64,000 nucleotides of DNA from an uncultured Gammaproteobacteria bacterium (GTDB lineage: Bacteria; Patescibacteriota; Microgenomatia; Levybacterales; UBA12049). Location: assembly GCA_964497535.1 (NCBI GenBank), contig CAZCCG010000002.1:234972-298971 (forward strand), in the 5' to 3' direction. Position numbers and translations under genes: made by a program. The notes beneath the pieces are model-generated. The model ran no database searches and was not told where the DNA came from. It saw only the letters and a program-made list of their open reading frames with translations. Position 1 is the first letter of the stretch, and every line of letters begins with the position of its first letter. Below are positions 10,100 to 20,768 of this stretch, piece after piece.

Positions 10100-11917
10100 T
10101 CACTCAATAGATGAACTTTCCGGTATTTTCAGCCCACTCTTTTTTTCCAGTACTTTTGCAACTTCTGCTGTAAATGTGCTCAGTTCTTGTTGATCTACTT
10201 TCTTTTCCTTTTTATAAATAGTAATTTTACTTTTATCAAGAGGAACGTATATTCTTTTAATCATCTTAAAACTTGATAATAGATGATTGTCTTTGCCAAG
10301 TGACTGGAAAATTCCATCAAGTAAGGCATAATTTTGTGGGCCAAAATGATTATCTATAACAATGCCTGATTTGATTACAATGTAATTAGCATTTTCAAAA
10401 GAATGCTGTACCCGTGCAGTAACGACATCATAATTTGTGTAATTTGCTCCTACAAAATTATCGATTTGTATAGGTTTTAATCTATGGTATTCATTGAGAG
10501 AATACATTCCCAAATCTACCGGTCTATAACTAAATACTGTAACTACTAAAGGATCTTGAATATGAGATTTTTTGCTATCTTGCTCTATGAATCTGAGTAA
10601 TTCTTGTCCTTTGGCAACATTTTGTGTCGGCGCCCATACAACAGGCGCAAAATGAATCGTACGGGCATGTCCAAGTGGCATGGGAACTACCACAGAAGCA
10701 AGGCCACGATTCATAGGACCCACAGCCCATACTCCTCCCAGGAAATTACAAATACCATATACAACAATGAAAAAAACTATACTTATCCGCACTATTTTTT
10801 GTGGGATTACCAGGAAAATACTTGCTGATAAAATAGCTAGTATTGGGTACAGAGGAACAATGTAGCGGTCATCTTTTATGATTGTCCCGAATGAAAAAGC
10901 TAAATAGGGAAGCAAAAATGCTAAAAGGATGAATAACATTTTCTTCCAATGGATTATACTTGCGATAAAACCTGCTACAAAAAGGGCGAAAAAGAAAAAT
11001 GTAAGCTGCTCAAATACTTTAAAATAATAAGCAGCAGATTGCAATGAAAGATGATGCTGATAAGGCTTGGGTACCACAGTCCACAGTACTCCTCCTAATG
11101 CTTGGGACTTAAAATAATCACCAAAGAAAGTAGAAGCATTTAATACATAAGGTATAGAACCTGGAATAATTCCCAAAAGAATAATTAAAATTATATTATT
11201 AAAGGATTTGTTCCGTTGCTCTTTTGTTTGCCGGATTACCTGATATAAAACAAATATCAATGGTCCACCTACAAAAAGTGGTGTAACCCACCGAACAAAA
11301 ATTCCATATCCGAATGTTAATGCGAAGAGAATACTATAGTTGCGTCGGGTAAATAGCTTTGATTTCGCCAAAAAGAGCAATGACATAGTAACAAAACATG
11401 TGGTAGCAGTCTCAGAATAGGTGAAATGCAAATAGAACAGACTCCATCCATATGTTGTGAAAATAAATGATGCCACAAGTGCCCATTTTTTCCCCAAGAA
11501 TTCTTTTGCCAGAAAATAAACTCCCAGAATTGTTGTTACATACAATAACCCATTTACCCATAATCCCCATTTATACGAATTATCCAAACCAAATACTATG
11601 AGAAACGGCAGAATGATAAAGGAATATCCAGGTTGCCGAAAGGGTATAAATTCAATCATCTTCACAGGGGTATCTGTCGAAGGATTTTGAAGAAGCTTGT
11701 AAAAGCCAGTCGCCATCTCCATATAATGTTGTTCATCCATTTCAGGAGTCTGGTATGTCTGAAAGATATAGAGTGTATGACTTATTAGAATTATAAGAGA
11801 AATTAATAGAACTATACCAAGATATCGATCGAAGTGAGTAAAATATAAGTTTTTTATCTTTGCACTAATAGTTTCTTTTTTGATTCTTGCCTGGATTTGT
11901 TGTTTCTTCTTTTTCAT
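10100..11917 (-). CDS. GT-C (ArnT/PMT-like) membrane glycosyltransferase
   Basis: PEMDEQHY after TM1, many TMs, RYIVPLYP, soluble C-terminal domain. Confidence 0.8.
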   Translation of the reverse strand: MKKKKQQIQARIKKETISAKIKNLYFTHFDRYLGIVLLISLIILISHTLYIFQTYQTPEMDEQHYMEMATGFYKLLQNPSTDTPVKMIEFIPFRQPGYSFIILPFLIVFGLDNSYKWGLWVNGLLYVTTILGVYFLAKEFLGKKWALVASFIFTTYGWSLFYLHFTYSETATTCFVTMSLLFLAKSKLFTRRNYSILFALTFGYGIFVRWVTPLFVGGPLIFVLYQVIRQTKEQRNKSFNNIILIILLGIIPGSIPYVLNASTFFGDYFKSQALGGVLWTVVPKPYQHHLSLQSAAYYFKVFEQLTFFFFALFVAGFIASIIHWKKMLFILLAFLLPYLAFSFGTIIKDDRYIVPLYPILAILSASIFLVIPQKIVRISIVFFIVVYGICNFLGGVWAVGPMNRGLASVVVPMPLGHARTIHFAPVVWAPTQNVAKGQELLRFIEQDSKKSHIQDPLVVTVFSYRPVDLGMYSLNEYHRLKPIQIDNFVGANYTNYDVVTARVQHSFENANYIVIKSGIVIDNHFGPQNYALLDGIFQSLGKDNHLLSSFKMIKRIYVPLDKSKITIYKKEKKVDQQELSTFTAEVAKVLEKKSGLKIPESSSIE

Positions 11918-12009
11918 TCTGAGTGCATACTGCTCGGCAATTATACTATATTTTATGAGCTTGTTCGTATTGCAATTAAAAACGTGCTCAACTATAATTT
12001 CCTCAACAG

Positions 12010-13503
12010 ATGAATTTATTATTAGCTTTTCTCATCCCAATTCTAAGTTTTATTCTTCAATCCTACCCACGATTATTTAATAAATTGTTCGGCGTAGATG
12101 TATGGACTAGACTTCTGGAAACAGAGCATATTCGAAAAAATCACCATACTGTTCCCAATTACAAACTTGAAGATCAATTTATTATTGATGGATATTTTGA
12201 TTATCCACCCGTATTCCCTACGCTTCTTTCTTTTTTCCCCAAAAAAACCTTACTTCATATCCAGGGATTTGTAGCTCCATTTTTTGATGCGCTTCAAGTA
12301 CTCTTGGTTTATTATGTGACCTATTACCTAACCGGTAATGTTCAAGTATCACTTCTGGCACAACTGATGTATATGATGACCCCCATGATTGCTATTGAAA
12401 ATAGCTATCTTACTCCCCGGTCTTTGGGATATCTCAATTTTACACTCGCGGTTTTACCTCTGGTTTTGTACTACTATAGTCATCAACCGATATTTTTCCT
12501 TCTTGGAATTATCTTTACATTTCTACTTTTTTTGACTCATCGCTTTGCTATTCAATCATTCTTTTTTATCATGATATTCTTTACGTTCTTCCTTAATACT
12601 CCCATCTTTTTCCAAAGCTTTGTAATTGGTTTTGCGCTCGCGTTACTTATTACAAAAGGCTATTACCTGCGAGTTCTCAAAGGTCATTTATACAATATCT
12701 ATTTTTGGGTAAAGAATTTGGATTACCGGTTTGCCCATCAGATCCGTGGTATCTCCAAAAAAAGCGCAAAAAAGGATTTGATTGAAAGAATATACCAGTT
12801 CCTCACAGTGTTCTCACCGATTGCGGTTTTTGGGCTCAATCCCTGGAGCTTAAGCGGATTTCTTATTCCTCTTGCATTTTATTTTGCGCTCTTACCTGTG
12901 TCTCCAATTCTTCTGACCCTTGCTGCTTGGATTCTTTTCTTTTATGTATTAGGAGTCGTTGTATTAAAAACCAAACAGCTCATGCCAATCGGCGAAGGAC
13001 AACGCTATATGGAAATGGCAACTGTTCCCTCCTCAATTCTCTCTTCATATATATTCTTCCAACTATTAAATACGCAATTTAAAACTCCGGCCGTTATTAT
13101 TCTAGTTGCATTACTACTTTTCACTTTTGTACTGATTATCGTTATCCAAATTAAAGGTGTCATCAAGGATCGTAACAGAAGTATTACAGAAGACTTGGTA
13201 AACATATTTGAATATATTAATAAACAAAAAGATACGATGCGCATCGTATGCATCCCTCACCAAAATACAACAATGACTGTCTATCATACCAAGGCACAAG
13301 TGTTAGTAAACGCAGATAACCCTGGGCTTATGAGGATTCAGGATGTGTATCCGATTTTAAGAATGCCGGTTAAGGAACTTGCCAAGAAATATCATCTTAC
13401 CCATGCATTAGTCAAAGAAAGCTTTGCCACGCTTAAGGAATTAGGCCTATCTCAAAAAGATGTAATTTTTTCATCAGGGGATGTCCTCCTTGTTCAACTG
13501 TAA
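12010..13503 (+). CDS. Multi-TM membrane protein, probable GT-C
   Basis: GVDVW..., GYFDYPP motif, TPRSLG, GEGQRY. About 11 TMs. Confidence 0.6.
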   Translation: MNLLLAFLIPILSFILQSYPRLFNKLFGVDVWTRLLETEHIRKNHHTVPNYKLEDQFIIDGYFDYPPVFPTLLSFFPKKTLLHIQGFVAPFFDALQVLLVYYVTYYLTGNVQVSLLAQLMYMMTPMIAIENSYLTPRSLGYLNFTLAVLPLVLYYYSHQPIFFLLGIIFTFLLFLTHRFAIQSFFFIMIFFTFFLNTPIFFQSFVIGFALALLITKGYYLRVLKGHLYNIYFWVKNLDYRFAHQIRGISKKSAKKDLIERIYQFLTVFSPIAVFGLNPWSLSGFLIPLAFYFALLPVSPILLTLAAWILFFYVLGVVVLKTKQLMPIGEGQRYMEMATVPSSILSSYIFFQLLNTQFKTPAVIILVALLLFTFVLIIVIQIKGVIKDRNRSITEDLVNIFEYINKQKDTMRIVCIPHQNTTMTVYHTKAQVLVNADNPGLMRIQDVYPILRMPVKELAKKYHLTHALVKESFATLKELGLSQKDVIFSSGDVLLVQL

Positions 13504-13507
13504 TAAT

Positions 13508-14227
13508 CTAACCAAGGTCAGTCCAGCGAAAAGTTAGGTGCGAATCTACAATTTTAAATCCACACGTTCCATAAGCTCTCAAAGCAGGAATATTCCCCAT
13601 TTGTGTTTCTATAGTAAGTTTTTCTATATTCCACTTTTTAAAATACGCAAAAGACTCCTGGATAAGTTTTTTTGCGGTTCCTTTTCCTCTGGCATCTTTT
13701 GAAACAGCTATTAATGGAATATGACCGTTTCTTGAGAGTGTCAAAAATCCCAAAATAGTATCTTCTTCTGTATATATCAAAACAGTATCTGCTGCTTCAC
13801 CTTTTATGGAATTCTCAATCCACTTACCGTAAAGCTCGTCTGCTTTTTCTTTTTGAATTACAGAATCATTGTAGAATCTATTGAGTTCAAATGATGTTTG
13901 CGCAATGTGCTTGAGCTTTTCCAAATCTTCCAGGCTGGCCGGATGAATATACTCCGATTTGGTTTTTGGAGCCTCAAATTGTGTTAACTCCAAACTAATC
14001 AGACCATCAACCAACCGAAACACATGATCTTCAAGGCTATGAATCAGTTTAAAATCATTTGCATGGACTCGATATGTCGCGTAGCGGACGTGCTCTTTTT
14101 TTAAATTCTCAACTAACTCCGAAATGGTAGCGTCAACATCTCCTAAAGATTCTATAGTGGTTATTTTTGCAACAGCAAAACCAAATAAGGTTGTGTCAAA
14201 TAACTGAGGTTCAAATGAATAGTTCAT
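13508..14227 (-). CDS. GNAT N-acetyltransferase, WecD-like (dTDP-4-amino-4,6-dideoxyhexose acetyltransferase)
   Basis: FELNRFYND, LYGKWIENS, IAVSKDARGKG, TQMGNIPALRAY. Coupled to the aminotransferase. Confidence 0.8.
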   Translation of the reverse strand: MNYSFEPQLFDTTLFGFAVAKITTIESLGDVDATISELVENLKKEHVRYATYRVHANDFKLIHSLEDHVFRLVDGLISLELTQFEAPKTKSEYIHPASLEDLEKLKHIAQTSFELNRFYNDSVIQKEKADELYGKWIENSIKGEAADTVLIYTEEDTILGFLTLSRNGHIPLIAVSKDARGKGTAKKLIQESFAYFKKWNIEKLTIETQMGNIPALRAYGTCGFKIVDSHLTFRWTDLG

Positions 14228-15378
14228 TTGCGATATTTTTTAACTAAAGCGCCGATTGTCTCGATAATATAGGTAACATCATCCTCACTCATTCCAGGAT
14301 ATAGAGGCAGAGAAATCAACCCTTCAAAAGTCTTATCGGTAACAGGGAACATCTTTTTGTCAATATCAAAATTCTTTTTGTAATACGTGAATAAATAGAG
14401 AGGGATGTAATATACTGTGGCACCGATTCCTGCCTCTTTTAACTCTTCCATAAAAGCATTTCGGTCAATCTTTAGCATGCTTGTCTCCAGTTGAATCGAG
14501 TAAATATTGCGTGCATGTTTTATATTCTTCCCAACATAGGGAGTTATAATCTCAGGAATTTGGGAAAATGCTTTATCATATAGTGCTGCATACTTCTCTC
14601 TGGTTTTTATAAAACCATCCAATTTGGCAAGTTGATGAATTCCCAAGGCTGCCGAAATATCGGTCATATTATATTTAAAACCTGCATCCACAATATCATA
14701 GAGCCATGACCCTGCTGCTGAATGTCTTTTCCACGCGTCTTTACTCATGCCATGCAACCGAAGCTCCGACAATCTCCCAGCATACTGCTCGTTGTTTGTG
14801 GTAACTACTCCTCCATCCCCTGTTGACATATTTTTGACAGGATGAAATGAAAAGCAGGTTAAGTCGGATATTGCACCAATCTTTTTCCCTTTATATTCTG
14901 CTCCGATTGCAGTTGCAGCATCTTCAATAAGAATAAGATTATGTTTTTTTGCAATTTTGCGAAGCTGGTCATAATTACACGGTTGTCCTCCATAATCCAT
15001 TGGCATAATTGCTTTTGTGTTTTTGGTAATTTTTGCTTCGATCAAATCGGGATTTATATTAAGCGTTTGTGGATCAATATCGACAAATACCGGAGTAGCA
15101 CCGCTATGGATGATTGTGTTGGGAGTAGCAGCCATTGTAAATATTGTTGTGATTACCTCATCACCTTTCTCAATTCCTGCTGCCAAAAGAGAGATATGAA
15201 GTGCTGCTGTACAGGAAGTTACAGCTATAGCATATTTGGATCCAACATATTTTTTGATTCGTTCTTCAAAATCCTTTGTCCTTGGGCCGAGTGTTACCCA
15301 TCCTGAATCAAGAGCTGCCAAAACCTCATCTTTTTCTTCTTTTCCAAATACCGGCTGAGCATAATGAATATATTTCAT
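14224..15378 (-). CDS. DegT/DnrJ/EryC1/StrS (ArnB-like) sugar aminotransferase
   Basis: SGWVTLGP, SCTAALH, IEDAA, FSFHPVKNMSTGDGG (PLP Lys), GFKYNMTD. Confidence 0.92.
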   Translation of the reverse strand: MKYIHYAQPVFGKEEKDEVLAALDSGWVTLGPRTKDFEERIKKYVGSKYAIAVTSCTAALHISLLAAGIEKGDEVITTIFTMAATPNTIIHSGATPVFVDIDPQTLNINPDLIEAKITKNTKAIMPMDYGGQPCNYDQLRKIAKKHNLILIEDAATAIGAEYKGKKIGAISDLTCFSFHPVKNMSTGDGGVVTTNNEQYAGRLSELRLHGMSKDAWKRHSAAGSWLYDIVDAGFKYNMTDISAALGIHQLAKLDGFIKTREKYAALYDKAFSQIPEIITPYVGKNIKHARNIYSIQLETSMLKIDRNAFMEELKEAGIGATVYYIPLYLFTYYKKNFDIDKKMFPVTDKTFEGLISLPLYPGMSEDDVTYIIETIGALVKKYRK

Positions 15379-16466
15379 AGATTTTCCAAAACTTGAAGGG
15401 CAATTCGTGCTGTATTATCCCAATTATACACTTTTGCTAAAACGATTGCATTATGTTGTAATAGTTGATAAAGATTTTTATCTCGTAATAATCGTACTGT
15501 TTTACTAGCCAGATCTGATGGATTCTTATAAGCCAAAAGTCCTGTCTTTTCATCTTGAATAACATCTCGACTGCCGGATACATCATATGCAACTGAAGGT
15601 GTCCCCATATATCCTGCTTCAGGAATTACCAAACCCCACCCTTCATGAACAGATGGCATCAAAAGGATATGAGCCTTACCTAATAATTCAAACTTTTTCT
15701 CTTCAGATACGAATCCCCAAAAGACGGTATCATTTTTCATGTTTAAGTTCGTAACTTTATTTTTCAAATACTCTAAATAATCTTTCTGTCCTGACCCAAC
15801 AAGCCACAGTTTTGCAGATGAAATTTCTAAATGGATTTTTGAAAACGCATCAATAACATCCTCAACACCTTTTTGTTTATTCATCCTTCCTAAATAAATA
15901 ACAGTAGGATTTTTCTCTTTTTTTTGTAGAGATATTCCCTTGGGAAGAGACAATCCCATTGGGATAACGGTTATATTTTGGGCAGAAAAACCTTCTCCAA
16001 CAAGATCCTTCTTTGTTGAATCCGAGATAGCTAATGTTGGGACATTTCTATAATAAGATACATATATTTTTTCAATTGATCTCCAAAATGCAGAAAGAGG
16101 AAAGGAAAAGATATTAGGAAAAAGATTTTTTGCCACCTCGCATGCAAGTAGTACTGTTTTTTTATTGTAAACTTTACTGAAAAATGGAAACCAATGTACT
16201 TCATCTATTACAACATCAGTATTATTTTTCAAACTAAGAAAGTAGTAAAAAAATGCCAGAATATGTACATTCCACCATTGACCTTTTCTGATAAATCGTA
16301 CGCCATCGATTATTTCATTCTCTTGTGCTCCTGGAAATTTTGAAGAGAATTGAGTAACTCTATTTCCCCATTTTACCCATCGCTTTGCCATCTCGTGAGT
16401 GAGTATCTCTGCACCTCCACCTGCTGGATTTTTGATATCGCGCCAATTAAGAATTAAAATATTCAT
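15375..16466 (-). CDS. GT4 glycosyltransferase
   Basis: NWRDIKNPAGGGAE, YLGRMNKQKG, PSVHEGWGLVIPEA. Confidence 0.92.
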   Translation of the reverse strand: MNILILNWRDIKNPAGGGAEILTHEMAKRWVKWGNRVTQFSSKFPGAQENEIIDGVRFIRKGQWWNVHILAFFYYFLSLKNNTDVVIDEVHWFPFFSKVYNKKTVLLACEVAKNLFPNIFSFPLSAFWRSIEKIYVSYYRNVPTLAISDSTKKDLVGEGFSAQNITVIPMGLSLPKGISLQKKEKNPTVIYLGRMNKQKGVEDVIDAFSKIHLEISSAKLWLVGSGQKDYLEYLKNKVTNLNMKNDTVFWGFVSEEKKFELLGKAHILLMPSVHEGWGLVIPEAGYMGTPSVAYDVSGSRDVIQDEKTGLLAYKNPSDLASKTVRLLRDKNLYQLLQHNAIVLAKVYNWDNTARIALQVLENL

Positions 16467-16472
16467 AAGAAG

Positions 16473-17276
16473 TTACGGAAGGTTAACTTTGAAGTTCAGC
16501 TCGGGATCATATTTCCATTTCCTGTTATTTTTATCATCATAGTAATGTAAGATACGAAGACGATAAAACACTGCCATTGTATCCCATAACATATGGAAAA
16601 TAGTATTCCAAAACCCTTTTTGGGTAATTGATGAGACGCCTGAGAAATCAAGCTCAACAGGTGCTTCAAAGATACGATTATATCCCAGATAATTTGACAC
16701 TGCCAGTATTTCTATATCAAATGCATATGTTTTTACCAGAAGTCGAGGTGATACATCTTCCAGAACCTTTCTTCTAAAAAATTTCATTCCAACCTGTGTA
16801 TCGCGAATTGATAATCCAAATAAGACTCGTACTAAAAATCGATATCCCCATGATAGAATTTTACGAGTAATTGGATACTGGACTTTTGAAACAGGATGAA
16901 GCTTACTGCCGACAATAATATCGGCATTATACCATTCAAAATGCTCCAAAAGCATTGAAAGTCCATTGGGATTAATATCCATACCAGCATCAATGAATGC
17001 GACAATATCTCCTTTGGAACGTGCCATCCCAAAACGAACCGCATGCCCTTTCCCATGATTATGAGGATATCCAGTTACCAGAATATTAGGTGCTTTTACT
17101 TTTTTAGCGTTTTTTTCTGTATTATCCAGCTCTCCATCTACAACAACAATAATTTCATACGGATAGCGCATTTGATCCATAACATCTTTGATACGAGTAA
17201 GATCTTTTTCAATGGTTTTTTCTTGTTTATAAACGGGGATTATAAGCGAGACAAGACGAGGATTTTTTTCGTTCAT
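16473..17276 (-). CDS. GT2, dolichol/polyprenol-phosphate sugar synthase-like
   Basis: VVVDG, NHGKGHAV, FIDAG, IRDTQVGMKFF, YAFDIEIL. Confidence 0.88.
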   Translation of the reverse strand: MNEKNPRLVSLIIPVYKQEKTIEKDLTRIKDVMDQMRYPYEIIVVVDGELDNTEKNAKKVKAPNILVTGYPHNHGKGHAVRFGMARSKGDIVAFIDAGMDINPNGLSMLLEHFEWYNADIIVGSKLHPVSKVQYPITRKILSWGYRFLVRVLFGLSIRDTQVGMKFFRRKVLEDVSPRLLVKTYAFDIEILAVSNYLGYNRIFEAPVELDFSGVSSITQKGFWNTIFHMLWDTMAVFYRLRILHYYDDKNNRKWKYDPELNFKVNLP

Positions 17277-18532
17277 TTTATTTTTTTTGTGCCGATCTTC
17301 CCAACAGCATAAGGGTAGTATAACAAAAGTGTTAAAAGAAGTAAAAATGTAATAACCGTGTTTATGGTGATTAGTTGAATAATAGTACTGTGGAATAAAT
17401 AAATGCCTATGATTTGAGTTATTGCAGCAACAGCAACGATATACATTATAAAAGTTTTATGAATTGATAGAAAAAAATTAGCCAGGAGATAACTGAGAGA
17501 ATACAGTGCTATAAATATCCCAAATATCCCCAGATAGGGAACAATCTGTATATATCCTTGTCCAAAAAGTAAGTGTACCATCAAGCTTGGGAAGAGGAAA
17601 TAAATGAGAAGGACACAAGCGGAAGCCGCAAAAGTAAGGCCAAAACTAATAAAAAGAAAATGAGAATAACGCTGCCCTCTGGCATGGTGTTCTGATACAA
17701 AAGGGAACATAACCAGCATGATAGGTGATACACCAAAGAAAATAATCTTTCCAAGTACGGACAATGCTGCATAGTCACCAGCATTGGAAGCAGGAAGAAA
17801 GTGCCTTGCGAGTATTACATCGGTGGTTATTAACGAAGTTATTGAAAGGGTTGTTATAAATGCTGGAATACTAAAATGAAAAATTTGTTTATGCTGCGTA
17901 AATCCTTTATCATGCAGATGTAACTTGTTAATAAAATATAAAGCAATAAGGTATCCAATGAAAGCTCCAATTGTTACCGCTCCAAACGCGCCTTCTACTT
18001 TGTAGCCTAGGAAAATGAGACAAATAGCAAGTAATAACTTGCTAAAGGTTTCTATTAAGTTAGTTACTGAAAAACCAAAAAAATCAGATATTCCCTGGAG
18101 AACACTTTTATTCAGTATCGACAATAATCCTACAAAAAAGTTAACTACTAATAACAGAACCAATATTGGAGATGACAAATGGAGAAAAGAGGAAATGAAA
18201 GGAGAAAAAAGAAAAAGCACACCACTTGTAATACCTCCAACTATAATTATTTTGGTTCTGAGGAAATGATACATCTTTGATATTCCTGAAATATCACTTT
18301 TCCCTTTATAATCTGATACGAATTTTACTATGATTATAGTAAGTGTCATCATTGGAATTGAGAAGATATAAAGCAAAGATATAAGGCTTTCCAATTCTCC
18401 ATATCCACTTTTCCCAAGCATTCTTCCGGTAACCACATGGTAGAGATAGTTACCAATGTTGAGAAACCCTGTGCCGACAAACATCCAAAAGCTTGCCCGA
18501 ATAAACTTGAATTGCAATATTTTTTTGATCAT
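17273..18532 (-). CDS. Oligosaccharide flippase (Wzx/MATE-like)
   Basis: About 12 TMs, GRMLG..YG, DVILARHFL..AGDYAA. Confidence 0.85.
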   Translation of the reverse strand: MIKKILQFKFIRASFWMFVGTGFLNIGNYLYHVVTGRMLGKSGYGELESLISLLYIFSIPMMTLTIIIVKFVSDYKGKSDISGISKMYHFLRTKIIIVGGITSGVLFLFSPFISSFLHLSSPILVLLLVVNFFVGLLSILNKSVLQGISDFFGFSVTNLIETFSKLLLAICLIFLGYKVEGAFGAVTIGAFIGYLIALYFINKLHLHDKGFTQHKQIFHFSIPAFITTLSITSLITTDVILARHFLPASNAGDYAALSVLGKIIFFGVSPIMLVMFPFVSEHHARGQRYSHFLFISFGLTFAASACVLLIYFLFPSLMVHLLFGQGYIQIVPYLGIFGIFIALYSLSYLLANFFLSIHKTFIMYIVAVAAITQIIGIYLFHSTIIQLITINTVITFLLLLTLLLYYPYAVGKIGTKKIK

Positions 18533-19719
18533 GATACGAAATATCCCTGGCTAAAAAACCCAAGGAGAGCAATATGGAGTAGAGCAAAAATAAGCAGTAG
18601 TATCCACTGAAGGTATTTATTTTTAACTGCACCCAAGGAAATAAAAATACTGAGTGAGAGTAATGCATATCTGGGAATGGAAGAAAAAGTACCCGTAAGG
18701 CTTGGAACAATAATTTGCGAAAGAGAAAAAAGGGTTAACCCCAAAAGAAATGCAAATTTTTCTGTCTTTTTCTTTCTGATAAGTTGTATCAATTGATAAC
18801 ACAGGATAAAAAAAACAAATGTGAAAATAATACATTCTATAACTGAAATGAAATATTGAAATGACAGATCAGATTGTAAGAATATTTTTGCGTAGCGGTA
18901 ATAAACCTGAGGGAGAATAATAAGAGAGGTCGAACGGTGTGCACCAAAAGCAGATTGAGCATGGAAGAAGAACAAAGGATCACCGGTAGTCTTTAATAAA
19001 TACCACGCATAGAGCATAAACCCAAGTATTGGCGCAGCGATAGTTATAATTAATTTCTTTTCTATTTTTTTTGACTTTTTAAAATCACCCAGTACTACCA
19101 GAAAAATCTGAAACGATACAAAAATACCCATAAGCCGCGTTAAAGCTGCCAGAAACGACGAGATAAAAAGAGAAAAAGCTTTTGTATGAATTACATTGTA
19201 GAGAGAAAATGTAAATAAGAAGAAAAATAAACCCTCAGTATATACTGCAGAGAGAAAAAATGAGGTAGGAAAGGCAAGAAATAAGATAAGTGCAAAAAAA
19301 ACGTTCCGTTTATCACTCAGGCAATACTCAAGGATTCTTGTGAAATAATAAAGACCTCCAAAAGCTGCTACATTTGAAATTATTATTCCTGCCAGTAAGT
19401 AATTCTGAAGGAATAACGGAGCAATCAACCTCATCAGTAAGGGATATAGCGGAAAGTATGCCTGGTTGTAATTATAGTAACCATCTCTTGCGATAATAAT
19501 ATAATGTGCTCCATCAAAATTTGCTAAAGATGAGAGAAGATGAGGCAAATGTGAAGCTATAAGTTCTTCTTTATAGGGAAAGAATCCAAGATAGGGAATA
19601 AAATGGGGAGTAACCAGAACAATAATGAAATCAATAATTTTAAAGCCAAGAAACAGAAGGAAAACTGTTTTGAGCGAAATAAAAGTATTTTTTCCAAGGA
19701 TAGGAATTGTTTTTTTCAT
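18529..19719 (-). CDS. PIG-V/GT76-like mannosyltransferase (GT-C)
   Basis: NFDGAHYIIIARDGY, AYFPLYP, YTEGLF, SSIPRY. Confidence 0.82.
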   Translation of the reverse strand: MKKTIPILGKNTFISLKTVFLLFLGFKIIDFIIVLVTPHFIPYLGFFPYKEELIASHLPHLLSSLANFDGAHYIIIARDGYYNYNQAYFPLYPLLMRLIAPLFLQNYLLAGIIISNVAAFGGLYYFTRILEYCLSDKRNVFFALILFLAFPTSFFLSAVYTEGLFFFLFTFSLYNVIHTKAFSLFISSFLAALTRLMGIFVSFQIFLVVLGDFKKSKKIEKKLIITIAAPILGFMLYAWYLLKTTGDPLFFFHAQSAFGAHRSTSLIILPQVYYRYAKIFLQSDLSFQYFISVIECIIFTFVFFILCYQLIQLIRKKKTEKFAFLLGLTLFSLSQIIVPSLTGTFSSIPRYALLSLSIFISLGAVKNKYLQWILLLIFALLHIALLGFFSQGYFVS

Positions 19720-20768
19720 TCTCTTTTTATAGCTTTATAAACCTCTATTGTATTGCCGGCAGTTTTTCTCCACGAGAATTCCTTTACTCTCTCTTGTCCT
19801 TGTATGGAAAGTTTTTTTCGCAATTGGCTATTTTTGAAAACTTCATCAATTCCTTTCGCAATATCATTCGTATCATATGGATTGACATAATATGCCGCTT
19901 CACCCGCTATTTCGGCAAGAGAACCTTCCTGTGTTGTGATAACCGGACACCCACATGCCATTGCCTCCAAAACCGGTAACCCAAAACCCTCATATAAGGA
20001 TGGCATAACAAATACTGTAGCAATATTATAGAGCCCCACCAAATCTTGGGTAGGAATAAATCCTAAAGCGTGTATATTCCTACTGTCTGCAATCTTTTCC
20101 TGGACAATCATTCGATCCTTATTCCAGGGATTTTTTTTATCAAAATCATTTTCTGTAATAGCTTTTCCTACTAAAACCAGTGGCAGACCGATCTGCTCTA
20201 TTGCTTCAATCAGCCGGGGGATATTTTTGTTTCCGGTGATATCTCCTACATACAAAACAAAATTCTGCGGTAGAGAATATTTTTTTCGTAGATATTGCAC
20301 TGATTGGGAAGACAATTTACGGAAGGATTCATCCGCAGCCAGGTACACAACATGAATTTTTGAAAGAGGGATATGTGTTAATCTATTGATATCTTTTTTC
20401 GAACAGGTTGAGTCGGTAATAATTCCATCGACAAAGCTGAGAAGAAATTTCTGAAGGCTCCATTTTAAAATTCCTCTGATCCCGCTGGGAAATGTATCTT
20501 TGAATATGATTGGTATTAAATCGTGTATTGTAACAACTGTTGTATATTGTTTTACAAATGGTAGTGATAAAAAGAATGGCTCAAAATAAGGAATATGTAA
20601 AATATCACTATCTGCCGGAAGAGATCCCGTAGCGTCAAAAAAAGTATAGTCGTTATCCGGGAAATATTTCTCCAAAGATTTCCGTAGATTGGATATATAA
20701 AAACCCGCACCTCGAACTGTATGCTGGGAATCGGAAACAAGAGGGGAAATATCAAATGCAATTTTCAT
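19716..20768 (-). CDS. GT4 glycosyltransferase (MtfB/WbpY-like)
   Basis: VTIHDLIP, KNIPRL, PSLYEGFGLPVLEAMACG. Confidence 0.93.
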   Translation of the reverse strand: MKIAFDISPLVSDSQHTVRGAGFYISNLRKSLEKYFPDNDYTFFDATGSLPADSDILHIPYFEPFFLSLPFVKQYTTVVTIHDLIPIIFKDTFPSGIRGILKWSLQKFLLSFVDGIITDSTCSKKDINRLTHIPLSKIHVVYLAADESFRKLSSQSVQYLRKKYSLPQNFVLYVGDITGNKNIPRLIEAIEQIGLPLVLVGKAITENDFDKKNPWNKDRMIVQEKIADSRNIHALGFIPTQDLVGLYNIATVFVMPSLYEGFGLPVLEAMACGCPVITTQEGSLAEIAGEAAYYVNPYDTNDIAKGIDEVFKNSQLRKKLSIQGQERVKEFSWRKTAGNTIEVYKAIKRE

